From the IMG/VR virus record IMGVR_UViG_3300005077_000747, positions 23,944 through 87,943 of that record: 64,000 bases of DNA; one strand, given 5' to 3'. A model generated the notes under the pieces. That model was not told the origin of the DNA. It saw nothing but the letters and a program-made list of their open reading frames with translations, and did not search any database. Source of the stretch: a virus. The position numbers and the translations under genes were made by a program. Positions 9,711-18,320 of this stretch are shown one piece after another (the first letter of the stretch is position 1; every line of letters starts with the position of its first letter).

Positions 9711-10313
9711 TTAATAGCTAGCCCATGACGAGATTCTAAAAAAGTCAACCCAGAAATCATTGACATGTACGGGGAACTTTGCTCGCTTCCTAATTTGAAC
9801 TCGAGATAAATTTGACAAGGCTACTAACCCATAATCAGTTATATAAAATCGAATCAATTGCTTCGAACCTCTGAACTCTGGTAACTCAGCCCGGAGTAAG
9901 CCAAGCATCAAAGCGATAGCTAATTCTTTACCCCGTGTAGAGAGCCTCTCATATAAAACTCCCGGGTTCTGTAATACATGAAGCAATACGTTGTGTAATC
10001 TTCCCCTACCTGGAGCACTATGTATCGGATCTTCTCTTTTTTGTTTAATGTAATCACTTAACGTTCTTTTCGTCTGCACCTGAACAATGGCTTTCGTGAG
10101 ACATGACAATCTGTCTCTACATCTATTACACTCCGCAGTATCAAAAACTACTTTAAGATTCGGTCTTGACCCCCCTGAAATTATAGTTTGTTGTTTCCAG
10201 TGGAACTCGCATTGAGGATTTGTACAATAAACCGATTCACAAAAATGTTGGGCATATCTAATAATCCTCTCTGTACCACACCCCGGACACGTATAGGTGT
10301 GCATATCATTCAA
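9711..10313 (-). CDS. Zn-ribbon (CxxCxxR[LVI]xCL family) fused to C-terminal domain of unknown function
   Basis: CPGCG...CTNPQC...CNRCRDRLSCL followed by ~110 aa extra. Confidence 0.55.
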   Translation of the reverse strand: MNDMHTYTCPGCGTERIIRYAQHFCESVYCTNPQCEFHWKQQTIISGGSRPNLKVVFDTAECNRCRDRLSCLTKAIVQVQTKRTLSDYIKQKREDPIHSAPGRGRLHNVLLHVLQNPGVLYERLSTRGKELAIALMLGLLRAELPEFRGSKQLIRFYITDYGLVALSNLSRVQIRKRAKFPVHVNDFWVDFFRISSWASY

Positions 10314-10574
10314 TTACTTTATAAACCTCACTTTCACATTATTGCAAGCTGGAGCGCCTTTTTCCTTAGGAATAAAACCCAAACCAGACAAATCAACGTA
10401 CCTTAAGTCTTGACCTAGATACCTTTCTATCTCACTTCGGGGAACAACAGTATGCTTCGTTCCAAGACTTATAGTTTTTATTTCACCTATCTTGATTAAA
10501 TGTCTCAATTTCCGGGTGCTTATTCTAAATATCTGTGCAACTTCTTTAATCGTATAAACAATTGGTAATGTCAT
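10314..10574 (-). CDS. HTH DNA-binding protein (excisionase/MerR-like)
   Basis: YTIKEVAQIFRISTRKLRHLIKIGEI helix-turn-helix. Confidence 0.5.
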   Translation of the reverse strand: MTLPIVYTIKEVAQIFRISTRKLRHLIKIGEIKTISLGTKHTVVPRSEIERYLGQDLRYVDLSGLGFIPKEKGAPACNNVKVRFIK

Positions 10575-10584
10575 TATGGACCTC

Positions 10585-11205
10585 TTATGAGAGAAACTCC
10601 TTAAGTTGGGCGAGGCCGGAGCAAATTAGGCTGCGGACGCGTTGCTTTGAGAGCTTAAAACTCCCTGCTATATCGGCAATAGGTAACGCTTCGCAGCCTA
10701 GACCTGCATACATAATGATCATACGTTTAGTTCGAACGTCTAAATGTTCGAGTGCCTGCATTATTGAGACACGATTGATGACCATCTCTTCATGCGATAT
10801 TGAATCAGTGGTTGTAGAATTTTCGGCGGGGGTTTTTAAAAGAGGTAAGATAAGTGCAAATTCGGGAGACTCTTCATCGCCCTCTCCCCGTCGGATGCGA
10901 TTAACAGTTTTGTTTAGATTTAAGGGTACCCGACAGGGGAAACGAGTCTCGCGGATTACTTTGATCATTTCATGTTGGACCCAAGAAGTTGCAAACGAAA
11001 TAAATTTCGATTCACGGTTCTCGTCATACTTCTTGGCAGCTTTTAGTAAGCCCAACATCCCCGCGTTAACAAGATCTCCAAAAGGTACACCACTTGACGC
11101 GTACTTATTTGCCATAGAATAAACAAAACCCCTGTTATCGAGGACGAGGTTCTGTTCAATCTCCCGGCGAGTCAGCTCTGTCACAATATAATCCTCCCAT
11201 AACAC
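10585..11205 (-). CDS. sigma-70 family RNA polymerase sigma factor
   Basis: Region 2-like FISFATSWVQHEMIKVIRE and region 4 HTH IADIAGSFKLSKQRVRSL. Confidence 0.7.
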   Translation of the reverse strand: MLWEDYIVTELTRREIEQNLVLDNRGFVYSMANKYASSGVPFGDLVNAGMLGLLKAAKKYDENRESKFISFATSWVQHEMIKVIRETRFPCRVPLNLNKTVNRIRRGEGDEESPEFALILPLLKTPAENSTTTDSISHEEMVINRVSIMQALEHLDVRTKRMIIMYAGLGCEALPIADIAGSFKLSKQRVRSLICSGLAQLKEFLS

Positions 11206-11299
11206 AGTTTTTTAAATAATTTGTTATGGTTGGATTATATCTGAATAATGCTAATAATTCAAGAGATTTAGCGCAAACCTTTTAAAAAAGGCTTGTTGA

Positions 11300-11638
11300 T
11301 CATTCCCACCGAGTTAGCCGGCGAGGCTTAATGAGCGAATAAGGTTTCCACATCTTCCTTGTATGAATAGTTGCGATCCCATTTGCACGACAATCCATTA
11401 CAATATTGCACAATCCATCCTGTGCTTTAACGCAGAAATCTTCAGCAGGAATTATACGAAACGCTTCCCAACAACGTTCACGTCTAACTGGTTGGCATGT
11501 TTCGACGACATAATTATATATGTGTAACATTCCACATTTAGGACACGTAAAAAATCTCTCGATATATGGCTTCTCTTGAACCTTGCGGTTAGGAATATAA
11601 ATGTCGCCAACATAGTCATTATCTACAATATCATCCAT
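11300..11638 (-). CDS. Cys-rich hypothetical protein
   Basis: CPKCG...C...C..C in 112 aa. Confidence 0.45.
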   Translation of the reverse strand: MDDIVDNDYVGDIYIPNRKVQEKPYIERFFTCPKCGMLHIYNYVVETCQPVRRERCWEAFRIIPAEDFCVKAQDGLCNIVMDCRANGIATIHTRKMWKPYSLIKPRRLTRWE

Positions 11639-12023
11639 CGTACCTTCGACTCATTTTCATTAAATAACCCTTCTCGAAGATGGCTTCAAACTCCCACCAC
11701 TCTCCACCTCCCCCTAGATTCACATCAGTAAATGTATAAAAGTTTAGACTGCCTGTAAAATCGGTAGGTTCAAAGCCGTCAGCCACATACTTGACACTTT
11801 CTACTAGCCATTTCTCAGCAAACTCTGGGGAGTTATAGTGAGGTCTTTCTTCGATAGGAACTACGACCTTCTTGTAGTTGTTTTTAACTAGCTCCCCGTT
11901 TTTTGTGATCGTATACGTCTCCATTCCACGGCCAAGACACTTTGTCTGTAGATCCTCCAGATACGTATCATCGGGTATATTGGGTAGAGGCAACTCACAA
12001 ATAATGCTATCAAATAGGCCCAT
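11631..12023 (-). CDS. hypothetical protein
   Basis: Minus ORF 130 aa. Confidence 0.5.
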   Translation of the reverse strand: MGLFDSIICELPLPNIPDDTYLEDLQTKCLGRGMETYTITKNGELVKNNYKKVVVPIEERPHYNSPEFAEKWLVESVKYVADGFEPTDFTGSLNFYTFTDVNLGGGGEWWEFEAIFEKGYLMKMSRRYDG

Positions 12024-12024
12024 C

Positions 12025-12258
12025 TTAGTAAGGAATGTCGTCGCTCAACTCTTTAGCCCTCTTGCTAAGTCTTGGCAACGCCTGCATTGATGATAGGATT
12101 GCATTATCCACCCATTGCTCTGCAATATTTTTGAGGGCATCAAAATCTGCAGCGACATCTACAGTATCTTTAACCACCTTTATTGATGCCGATATTCCCA
12201 CTGAATTGTAATTCAGTGATAACTTTTTATCCACAGCCACAGCCAATTCACATTTCAT
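12025..12258 (-). CDS. hypothetical protein
   Basis: Minus ORF 77 aa. Confidence 0.4.
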   Translation of the reverse strand: MKCELAVAVDKKLSLNYNSVGISASIKVVKDTVDVAADFDALKNIAEQWVDNAILSSMQALPRLSKRAKELSDDIPY

Positions 12259-12268
12259 GTTTATCCTC

Positions 12269-12553
12269 CTAGTTACAAAACTGGGCGTTATCTTTTTTCA
12301 TAATTGCGTATACATTTTTACGTGTAAATGTGACGGGTTCTCCGAACTTAAGCGGAATCCTAACCAAATCATTTGCAACGGTTCCAATCAATTTATCAAA
12401 AGTAATTTGAGTGAGCTCAACCCAAAACCTTTCATTTAATGCACAGACCTTAACGTAGTCACCAGGCATTAAAGCATTCAATTCTGTAGGTGATGGGGTT
12501 TCAAACGTTTGTGGGTATTTATAAGCCATCTCTTGAGCGTCTACAAAGAACAT
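12269..12553 (-). CDS. hypothetical protein
   Basis: Minus ORF 94 aa. Confidence 0.45.
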   Translation of the reverse strand: MFFVDAQEMAYKYPQTFETPSPTELNALMPGDYVKVCALNERFWVELTQITFDKLIGTVANDLVRIPLKFGEPVTFTRKNVYAIMKKDNAQFCN

Positions 12554-12556
12554 TGG

Positions 12557-12961
12557 CTACTCCGATGCTAGACATTCGATTCGCATATCACATTCAGAAC
12601 ACTTTCGATAAAAGCAAAGACGAAGCAACTTCCTACAGTCTCTACATTCCTGTAATCGGGGTTTGGAAAACATTTTAACGGTGTAAAGTTCCTTACATTG
12701 GGGGCAAGATACTTCCTCAAAGATCACTACAGATACCCAGCTCTCAACTGGAGGGACTACATGATTCGCATCAAAGCTCTCTCTAAGTGTAATGTGAATC
12801 CCTGATTTGTGCATCTTCTGAGATTCACTAACCCATTTTTCAAATCTCAGGAATCTATTCACAGCGGCCTTGAAGTCCTTAGCTCGAATCCTAAGTTCAC
12901 AATATGGCCAACCCTGATTATCATTGACTTGGAAAATGAATCGACGCGTTTTGGTTTTCAC
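12557..12961 (-). CDS. small Zn-ribbon protein, CxxCxxR[LVI]xCL family
   Basis: CPQC...CRDC...CSECDMRIECL. Confidence 0.6.
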   Translation of the reverse strand: MKTKTRRFIFQVNDNQGWPYCELRIRAKDFKAAVNRFLRFEKWVSESQKMHKSGIHITLRESFDANHVVPPVESWVSVVIFEEVSCPQCKELYTVKMFSKPRLQECRDCRKLLRLCFYRKCSECDMRIECLASE

Positions 12962-13161
12962 GGCTCTTTAGGGAATAAAGGTATCTCTGCAGGTGAAGGC
13001 TTTGGGATAATCTCAGTAACTACCCACTTTAAAAAAAGTCCCCCCTCCAGAAAAACTTCTCTCACCTGTTTTAAGGATTTCGCTTTATAAAAACCGTAAT
13101 GGTAAATGTTATAGTTACCACAAGTGTCACTGTAGTAAGTTTTCACTTCAAAAGTTTTCAC
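12958..13161 (-). CDS. hypothetical protein
   Basis: Minus ORF 67 aa. Confidence 0.4.
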   Translation of the reverse strand: MKTFEVKTYYSDTCGNYNIYHYGFYKAKSLKQVREVFLEGGLFLKWVVTEIIPKPSPAEIPLFPKEP

Positions 13162-13213
13162 ACAGTCTCCAAATAAATTGAGCCCCCTTTCGAGGGCTCA
13201 ATGGTATCCATAC

Positions 13214-13732
13214 TTACACAGTTGAATCTTTATCAGGAGTTGAAGTTACGGCCGGCTGGATAATTTCAGCCAACATTTTTAGTTGTGGGCTCCAAGTCCC
13301 AAATTGTTGAACTTCTTCAGGGAAAGCTTCAACTACGTGATCTCTCATGGACCACTTAGTGCCCTTCTTAGTTTCAGATCTTTCAATGTGTAGGAGTTCG
13401 TGATACAGAAGTGCGCGGCGCTCCAAGCTTGTGGCTTGCATCCAAAAGGTTTCCCAAACTTCAACTACGAAATCAAACCCAGTTAAATGCTTCCACTTCG
13501 CACCCGCCAACGCAATGGTGCCATTCGTTTTCGATTTCTCAGCCTGCTTGAACAAATATTTAATGCGGGCCATATCGGCGTCAATCAACCCTAGCTCTTC
13601 AATAACAGCATCCGCTAACTCTTGAACATCTGGAGCGTCACAGTATTCGGCTTTCTTGGAGCCTCCTTTAGGTTGTAACAAAGCATCAAGGAGATCCTCA
13701 TCCTGAGGAAGTCCGGCTAGTTGGTGTTGCAT
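13214..13732 (-). CDS. HExxH-motif protein (putative metallopeptidase-like)
   Basis: LLYHELLHIE motif; otherwise unrecognised. Confidence 0.45.
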   Translation of the reverse strand: MQHQLAGLPQDEDLLDALLQPKGGSKKAEYCDAPDVQELADAVIEELGLIDADMARIKYLFKQAEKSKTNGTIALAGAKWKHLTGFDFVVEVWETFWMQATSLERRALLYHELLHIERSETKKGTKWSMRDHVVEAFPEEVQQFGTWSPQLKMLAEIIQPAVTSTPDKDSTV

Positions 13733-13883
13733 AAATCCTCCTAATCGATGGTTAAAAAAATAATAAAGTGGTTTTGTTTCATAACTTAATTTGAATTGGA
13801 AACTGAGGAGGATTCAGTAAGAGAGAAAAATTCTTGGCGGTGAGTAAGAGATTTGAACTCCTAGAGCTATTACACTCGGCGAC

Positions 13884-14141
13884 TTAGCAAGCCGCTGCCT
13901 TTACCAATTCGGCCAACTCACCACTCCATGCAACTTTTGATACAGGGGAGGCGTTTGGAAGAGCCGTGAATACGAGAACTCTCTCTCCCTTCTCCTTGCT
14001 GAACTCTTTCAAATAAAGTTTAAACCCCTCATTATGCATATACTTAATAACAGTACTATCAAGAGTCTCATTTACGCCACTCGTGTGTGAATAATGAACT
14101 GCTACGCACAACCTAACCTCTGTTTGTACTAATGAATCCAT
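13884..14141 (-). CDS. hypothetical protein
   Basis: Minus ORF 85 aa. Confidence 0.4.
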   Translation of the reverse strand: MDSLVQTEVRLCVAVHYSHTSGVNETLDSTVIKYMHNEGFKLYLKEFSKEKGERVLVFTALPNASPVSKVAWSGELAELVKAAAC

Positions 14142-14152
14142 TTAATGTCTCC

Positions 14153-14344
14153 CTAAATTTGGTATTGACAATATTGGGAGCAGTAAGCAGGCAAGCATGG
14201 AGGCCTTTCTGCTACTACACATTGTACTCTCATAGTACATTCATTACAGTTTACAACGAATGGGAAATCAAGTCCACACCTTTCACAGTGCCCGGTCAAG
14301 TAAGTAAATTTACATTCCCGGTAAGTTGTCCCACTGAGCTGCAT
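14153..14344 (-). CDS. small Zn-ribbon protein, family variant
   Basis: CERCG...CNECTMRVQCV. Confidence 0.5.
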   Translation of the reverse strand: MQLSGTTYRECKFTYLTGHCERCGLDFPFVVNCNECTMRVQCVVAERPPCLPAYCSQYCQYQI

Positions 14345-14707
14345 CTATCCTTCCTTCTCGGCCTTCAACTCCTTGAGAAAGTCATTTAATTTCGCAATCC
14401 TTGCAGCCCACAACTCAGAAATTTCTGGGGCCAAAAAATCGTAGTGGATGGGGATCAAGGGTATATTATTTCCATCAACTGAAGTCCATTCAATAAACTT
14501 GTCGAGGAAATCTGCCTTCGGTGTTGGTTCATTCTTGAGAACTTTAACAGAGATAACTTTGAGGTCGGTCTCATGTAGAAACTCTCCCCATATATTTAGC
14601 GTCCACTCTTTTACATCTTCCGCAACTCCACCTTCAAAAAAGATGCGCTCAGTGTGAACTATATCACTATTGAGCCTGAACTTCACTTCAAACCATGTCT
14701 TACCCAT
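14345..14707 (-). CDS. hypothetical protein
   Basis: Minus ORF 120 aa. Confidence 0.5.
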   Translation of the reverse strand: MGKTWFEVKFRLNSDIVHTERIFFEGGVAEDVKEWTLNIWGEFLHETDLKVISVKVLKNEPTPKADFLDKFIEWTSVDGNNIPLIPIHYDFLAPEISELWAARIAKLNDFLKELKAEKEG

Positions 14708-14721
14708 AAAAACTCCTCAGT

Positions 14722-14799
14722 TGGCACCGAGGACAGGAGTCGAACCTGCATCATAAGGTTTTGGAGACCTCATCGCTAATCCTCAGGACATGCCCCGGC
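14722..14799 (-). tRNA. tRNA-Trp (anticodon CCA)
   Basis: Reverse complement GCCGGGG...GAGGTCTCCAAAACCTT...GCAGGTTCGACTCCTGT CCTCGGTGCCA. Anticodon arm matches bacterial tRNA-Trp; D-arm is non-canonical. Confidence 0.6.
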
Positions 14800-14825
14800 T
14801 CTTGTATTAATATTTCTTGACATTC

Positions 14826-15104
14826 CTACTCCATTTTCAATACTTTACTCTCGATTAAATTGCGGGCCATAATTCTTAATCCTTCTATCTCACAAGCGAG
14901 ACATGTATAACATGATTTAGTACAATCACCATGATGAGCAGGGTATCTCTCGTGCGCCTCTAAAAACTCTTTCTTCCACTTGGTGTTGTATAAGTATTCA
15001 ACATGCTCTTCATGCTTATCCGGGTCTTCAACATAATCACCAAGCCAATCAATTACCAATAGAAGCCCAGCGATTATATCTTCGAGTTCTTCGCTCTTAC
15101 TCAA
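14826..15104 (-). CDS. hypothetical protein
   Basis: Minus ORF 92 aa. Confidence 0.45.
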   Translation of the reverse strand: MSKSEELEDIIAGLLLVIDWLGDYVEDPDKHEEHVEYLYNTKWKKEFLEAHERYPAHHGDCTKSCYTCLACEIEGLRIMARNLIESKVLKME

Positions 15105-15309
15105 GTCTTAACACTCCTCTTTCTCTCAAGCGCCTGAGTAGATAGATTTGAGATTCAACACTAATGATGATACCCATACGAATGACATTGTTGAATGCAT
15201 TCGTCGTCTTGTCATTCATCAGCTCCTCAATCGGATCGCCTCCAGTATTTCCAATTAAATCCCTAAAAGGCTCCATCCACGCAGGCATAGTCCAATTTTC
15301 CCTACTCAT
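15097..15309 (-). CDS. hypothetical protein
   Basis: Minus ORF 70 aa. Confidence 0.4.
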   Translation of the reverse strand: MSRENWTMPAWMEPFRDLIGNTGGDPIEELMNDKTTNAFNNVIRMGIIISVESQIYLLRRLRERGVLRLE

Positions 15310-15337
15310 AGCTTGTCTCCTCTTAAGCCCTTTTGAA

Positions 15338-15414
15338 TGGTGATCCTGACGGGATTCAAACCCGTGTCACCAGATTGAAAGTCTCGTATCCTAACCAAGC
15401 TAGACGACAGGATC
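15338..15414 (-). tRNA. tRNA-Glu (anticodon UUC)
   Basis: rc GATCCTG...CGAGA CTTTCAA TCTGG...ACGGGTTTGAATCCCGT CAGGATC A CCA. Acceptor and T-arm clean; one G-G mismatch in anticodon stem. Confidence 0.55.
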
Positions 15415-15419
15415 ATTAA

Positions 15420-15498
15420 TGGCAGTCTGTACGGGATTTGAACCCGCGACCTCTGACTTGACAGGCTAGCGCTCTAGGCCAAACTGAGCTAACAGACT
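15420..15498 (-). tRNA. tRNA-Asp (anticodon GUC)
   Basis: rc AGTCTGT TA GCTCAGTTTGGCCTAGAGC ... CCTGTCAA ... GGTCGCGGGTTCAAATCCCGT ACAGACT G CCA. Close to the E. coli tRNA-Asp T-arm. Confidence 0.6.
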
Positions 15499-15676
15499 GT
15501 AAATCTAAAAATGGTAGTTGGTTATAATTCAGTCCTCTGATTGGTTCAGACTGTGAGTTATTGTGGACCCCCAACCAAGGCAACCCACCTTCACTCGCTA
15601 AGGTCAATAGCCCCATCGCACTGGGTTTAAGGCCTATTACCAAGCAGGTACTATATCTTCCACTCACGAGCTTAAC

Positions 15677-15751
15677 TGGCTGTGGCGGTAGGACTCGAAC
15701 CTACAACTCTTGGATTAACAGTCCAATACTCTGCCATTGAGTCACGCCACA
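15677..15751 (-). tRNA. tRNA-Asn (anticodon GUU)
   Basis: rc TGTGGCG TG ACTCAATGGCAGAGT A TTGGA CTGTTAA TCCAA GAGTT GTAGGTTCGAGTCCTAC CGCCACA G CCA. All stems pair. Confidence 0.8.
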
Positions 15752-15752
15752 A

Positions 15753-15959
15753 TTAAAAAGAACAATCAAGATTGATGCGGTGGGAGAGCGTAACTTCTCT
15801 GTTGTAACGTGCACAATCCCCATAATCGATGTACGTCTCCCCTTCCTTGAATTCGATGATATCTAATTCGTACTCGCCGCTATATAGTGGGAGATCTCCA
15901 TGTTCTTTGAACAATGCTTGGAGCTTAGTTATAGCCGATGAAAGTAGTATTGCGGGCAC
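15753..15959 (-). CDS. hypothetical protein
   Basis: Minus ORF 68 aa between tRNAs. Confidence 0.4.
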   Translation of the reverse strand: MPAILLSSAITKLQALFKEHGDLPLYSGEYELDIIEFKEGETYIDYGDCARYNREVTLSHRINLDCSF

Positions 15960-15973
15960 TATAAACTCCTAAT

Positions 15974-16059
15974 TGGCGGAAGGTGAAGGAGTCGAACCCT
16001 CATGTTTTACCATGGTCTGGTTTTCAAGACCAGTTGCCCACCGCTGAGCACCACCTTCC
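15974..16059 (-). tRNA. tRNA-Ser (anticodon UGA), class II
   Basis: rc GGAAGGT...CTGGT CTTGAAA ACCAG + long variable arm + GGTTCGACTCC...ACCTTCC G CCA. Close to E. coli tRNA-Ser(UGA). Confidence 0.8.
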
Positions 16060-16067
16060 ACAGTATC

Positions 16068-16820
16068 TTAAATCTTTTCAATGTAAGATTCTGCAAGGGA
16101 TTTAATCTTAGTGGCCTGATCTAATCCGTTGATACATCTCCTTGCATTGTAGAAATCACATTTATCCTGCTTGATATAATCCGATATCTTCCTACCTGTA
16201 AATGCTCCGGTTAGGAAGCCATGAACAAGTATGAATAATGAAGTTTCAGGATCGAGGGCGAGATTTGGATCTTTATCAAGATCAATTCCAAGAATACGTC
16301 CATACTGCCGGTAGTTATTGTACCAAGTTAATTGCACATATCCTCTACCATAGTAAGGATAGTATCTCAGATTTGCTTTACGCCAGGCGTCAGCATTCTT
16401 ACCCTTCCAGTAAGCTTCTTCAACTGGCTTTAACGTGCCGGCAGTTTCCCAATGCGCCGTAGCAACAACATAAGCCTTCTGTGTATTCAATCTTAATCCA
16501 AATCGATCGCAGCATTTCGCGATCGATTTAATGACATCATCCTTTGTATCAAAGCAATACTCAGCATGTATGTCGCTAACGCACTGCTGCAGTTTTGTTA
16601 CGGCTTCGAGTGTTACTAATTTAGGATTCCCGAAATAATAGTCAGCACAAAACTCGGCCCAAGCTGCTCGAGTCTTCGGGCCTATATCCCCGTCAACGTT
16701 TCCGCTAGGGAGTCCCAGGAAGTTCAACGCCCTCTGAATATCTTCCAGTTCGCAGGACAGAAGATCTTCCAGTTCAGTCGTTGCAGCTAATTCTGAAATA
16801 TGACTCAAATCAATTTTCAT
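16068..16820 (-). CDS. endolysin: N-terminal peptidoglycan-binding domain + GH19 (chitinase/lysozyme-like) catalytic domain
   Basis: PG_binding_1-like LNFLGLPSGNVDGDIGPKTRAAW; GH19 signature GRGYVQLTWYNNY. Confidence 0.7.
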   Translation of the reverse strand: MKIDLSHISELAATTELEDLLSCELEDIQRALNFLGLPSGNVDGDIGPKTRAAWAEFCADYYFGNPKLVTLEAVTKLQQCVSDIHAEYCFDTKDDVIKSIAKCCDRFGLRLNTQKAYVVATAHWETAGTLKPVEEAYWKGKNADAWRKANLRYYPYYGRGYVQLTWYNNYRQYGRILGIDLDKDPNLALDPETSLFILVHGFLTGAFTGRKISDYIKQDKCDFYNARRCINGLDQATKIKSLAESYIEKI

Positions 16821-16990
16821 GTTCTCCTCCTCACCAGATCATACACCGCTCCACACTCCGGGCATATGAGCACTGGTCGCCCTTCCAATATCCTCGGCTG
16901 TAATACCCCATACCCACATGGTGGATACTGAAAATTATCACGACACGAGCAATGCAACACCCCATTCGCAAATACCGGCATACCGCTCAT
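16817..16990 (-). CDS. small Cys-containing protein translationally coupled (ATGA) to endolysin
   Basis: Hand translation MSGMPVFANGVLHCSCRDNF...LICPECGAVYDLVRRRT. Stop overlaps the endolysin ATG; start overlaps the upstream gene's stop. Confidence 0.35.
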   Translation of the reverse strand: MSGMPVFANGVLHCSCRDNFQYPPCGYGVLQPRILEGRPVLICPECGAVYDLVRRRT

Positions 16991-17127
16991 GGTTCCTTAC
17001 CATCCTTATTTAAAACTCGTCTGAGCCACTCAATACACTCTGGGCATCCAGCTAAAGAGCAAACATCACACTTATACCAAGACTCAGAAAACTTCTGCAT
17101 TCCTCTTGAGCATCTCGGGCATAACAT
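16987..17127 (-). CDS. small Zn-ribbon protein (46 aa)
   Basis: MLCPRCSRGMQKFSESWYKCDVCSLAGCPEC... Longer ORF-track call 16987..17322 overlaps tRNA-Tyr, so the start is taken at internal Met. Confidence 0.45.
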   Translation of the reverse strand: MLCPRCSRGMQKFSESWYKCDVCSLAGCPECIEWLRRVLNKDGKEP

Positions 17128-17135
17128 TTTATCAG

Positions 17136-17222
17136 TGGTGGGGAAGGAAGGATTCGAACCTCCACGCTCATCAGCGACTACTGGGTTACAGCCAGGTGCG
17201 TTAGCCTTTCCGCCACTTCCCC
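17136..17222 (-). tRNA. tRNA-Tyr (anticodon GUA), class II with long variable arm
   Basis: rc GGGGAAG...CTGTAAC...long variable arm...GGTTCGAATCCTTCC TTCCCC A CCA. Bacterial-type Tyr tRNA. Confidence 0.8.
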
Positions 17223-17261
17223 TAAGGATTTTTCCAAACCCTTTAGTGATATCTGATATTG

Positions 17262-17615
17262 TCACTTTGAAATCTTTTCTATGTATTGAATTGTAGGGCA
17301 AATATTCCACGCAGCGCCACACGAGCTACAGTAAATATTGACACTCAAGCCGCCACTAGGACCTTCATAAAAAGACGTTGAATAACAACACGGGAGGACA
17401 TAAAGCCCATAAAAAAGCTTCTCCTCCCGTGTTGGCGGTATCAAGTTACCTTCTGCGTCCCTCGTTGGTATTAAATTATCATAGCACTTCTTGCCTTCTT
17501 TTGAAAAGTTGAGGCATTCAACGTGCAAGTCGCAATCATCGCAAAGGGTCTTTTCTGGAGGCTCCTCGCTAGATTCTTTGGGACGCCGGATGAGGTTAAG
17601 AAGTTTTTTAAGCAT
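17262..17615 (-). CDS. Zn-ribbon family variant protein (start trimmed to internal Met)
   Basis: MLKKLLNLIRRPKESSEEPPEKTLCDDCDLHVECL... ; ORF track start 17705 would overlap the next gene by 98 nt. Confidence 0.45.
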   Translation of the reverse strand: MLKKLLNLIRRPKESSEEPPEKTLCDDCDLHVECLNFSKEGKKCYDNLIPTRDAEGNLIPPTREEKLFYGLYVLPCCYSTSFYEGPSGGLSVNIYCSSCGAAWNICPTIQYIEKISK

Positions 17616-17868
17616 TGGAGCCCAGCATAGGTTCAAGTTGAACGTTAAAATCCGCCTCAGGGCGGGAGTCAGAATCTGTCGCACGATGGAAGGGCTGTTG
17701 GCCAAAGCCAGTTACAACTTCATGCCCACACTTCGGACATACATAGAGATCGGCACTCACTGTGTAATAATAAGAACCATCTCTAATATGACACGCAAGA
17801 TCGACTCCATTCTTCTTGGGTCTCATAGGGATACAACATACAGCACATACTAAGGTTGGCATTTCCAT
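17608..17868 (-). CDS. small Zn-ribbon protein
   Basis: CAVCC...C...CPKCGHEV. Confidence 0.45.
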   Translation of the reverse strand: MEMPTLVCAVCCIPMRPKKNGVDLACHIRDGSYYYTVSADLYVCPKCGHEVVTGFGQQPFHRATDSDSRPEADFNVQLEPMLGSNA

Positions 17869-17894
17869 GACTCCCGCTCCGAAGTTAAAAGTGT

Positions 17895-17990
17895 TTACCC
17901 CTCAAACATTGGCTTACGGAGCCAATTGGTTTTTCCCATAACAAAACCAACCCCAAAACCAAGTCCCAATGCGAGTGCAAAGTAAAACAT
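17895..17990 (-). CDS. 31-aa hydrophobic peptide (MFYFALALGLGFGVGFVMGKTNWLRKPMFEG)
   Basis: Hand-translated; GGAGG RBS; single TM-like segment; lies in the lysis region. Confidence 0.3.
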   Translation of the reverse strand: MFYFALALGLGFGVGFVMGKTNWLRKPMFEG

Positions 17991-17999
17991 GTAACCTCC

Positions 18000-18311
18000 T
18001 TAAGTAGTGGTAGTTTTATTACTACGGAGAGTTCCGTAGGTGAAAAAGGTTAAGATTAATGCCAGTATCAAAATAGGTTTGACAAGCCATAATGAAAGGA
18101 CTTGCCATCCTAACGCCGACGTAGAGAGACCTAAAACAATAGCTCCACAAATAACCAGCCACATTGAGTAGACGAAACCGAAAAGCTTGAGTTTACCTGC
18201 AACTGTGTCTGAGTGGAGTCCGTGTTCTCGTATCCTCTTCCATAACCGAGCCGCGACCCAAGCCGCTGCAGCGGCTATCGCGAGCCCCATAAATATAGCG
18301 ATAAGTTTCAT
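18000..18311 (-). CDS. membrane protein (3 predicted TM helices; holin candidate)
   Basis: Hydrophobic stretches IAIFMGLAIAAAAAWVAA, FGFVYSMWLVICGAIVLGL, ILILALILTFF. Confidence 0.5.
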   Translation of the reverse strand: MKLIAIFMGLAIAAAAAWVAARLWKRIREHGLHSDTVAGKLKLFGFVYSMWLVICGAIVLGLSTSALGWQVLSLWLVKPILILALILTFFTYGTLRSNKTTTT

Positions 18312-18320
18312 AGCCAGCTC

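Noticed and set aside
10562-11122. 186-aa plus-strand ORF
   Set aside because: Lies fully antisense to the well-supported sigma-factor gene. It has S/R/L-rich antisense-type composition and no RBS. All convincing genes in the window are on the minus strand.
15416-15667. 83-aa minus ORF
   Set aside because: Runs through tRNA-Asp (15420..15498), so it is not a credible CDS as drawn. The underlying 178-bp spacer is kept as an unexplained region instead.
16987-17322. 111-aa minus ORF as given in the track
   Set aside because: Its N-terminal two-thirds overlie tRNA-Tyr (17136..17222). Only the C-terminal 46-aa Zn-ribbon portion, from the internal Met, is retained.
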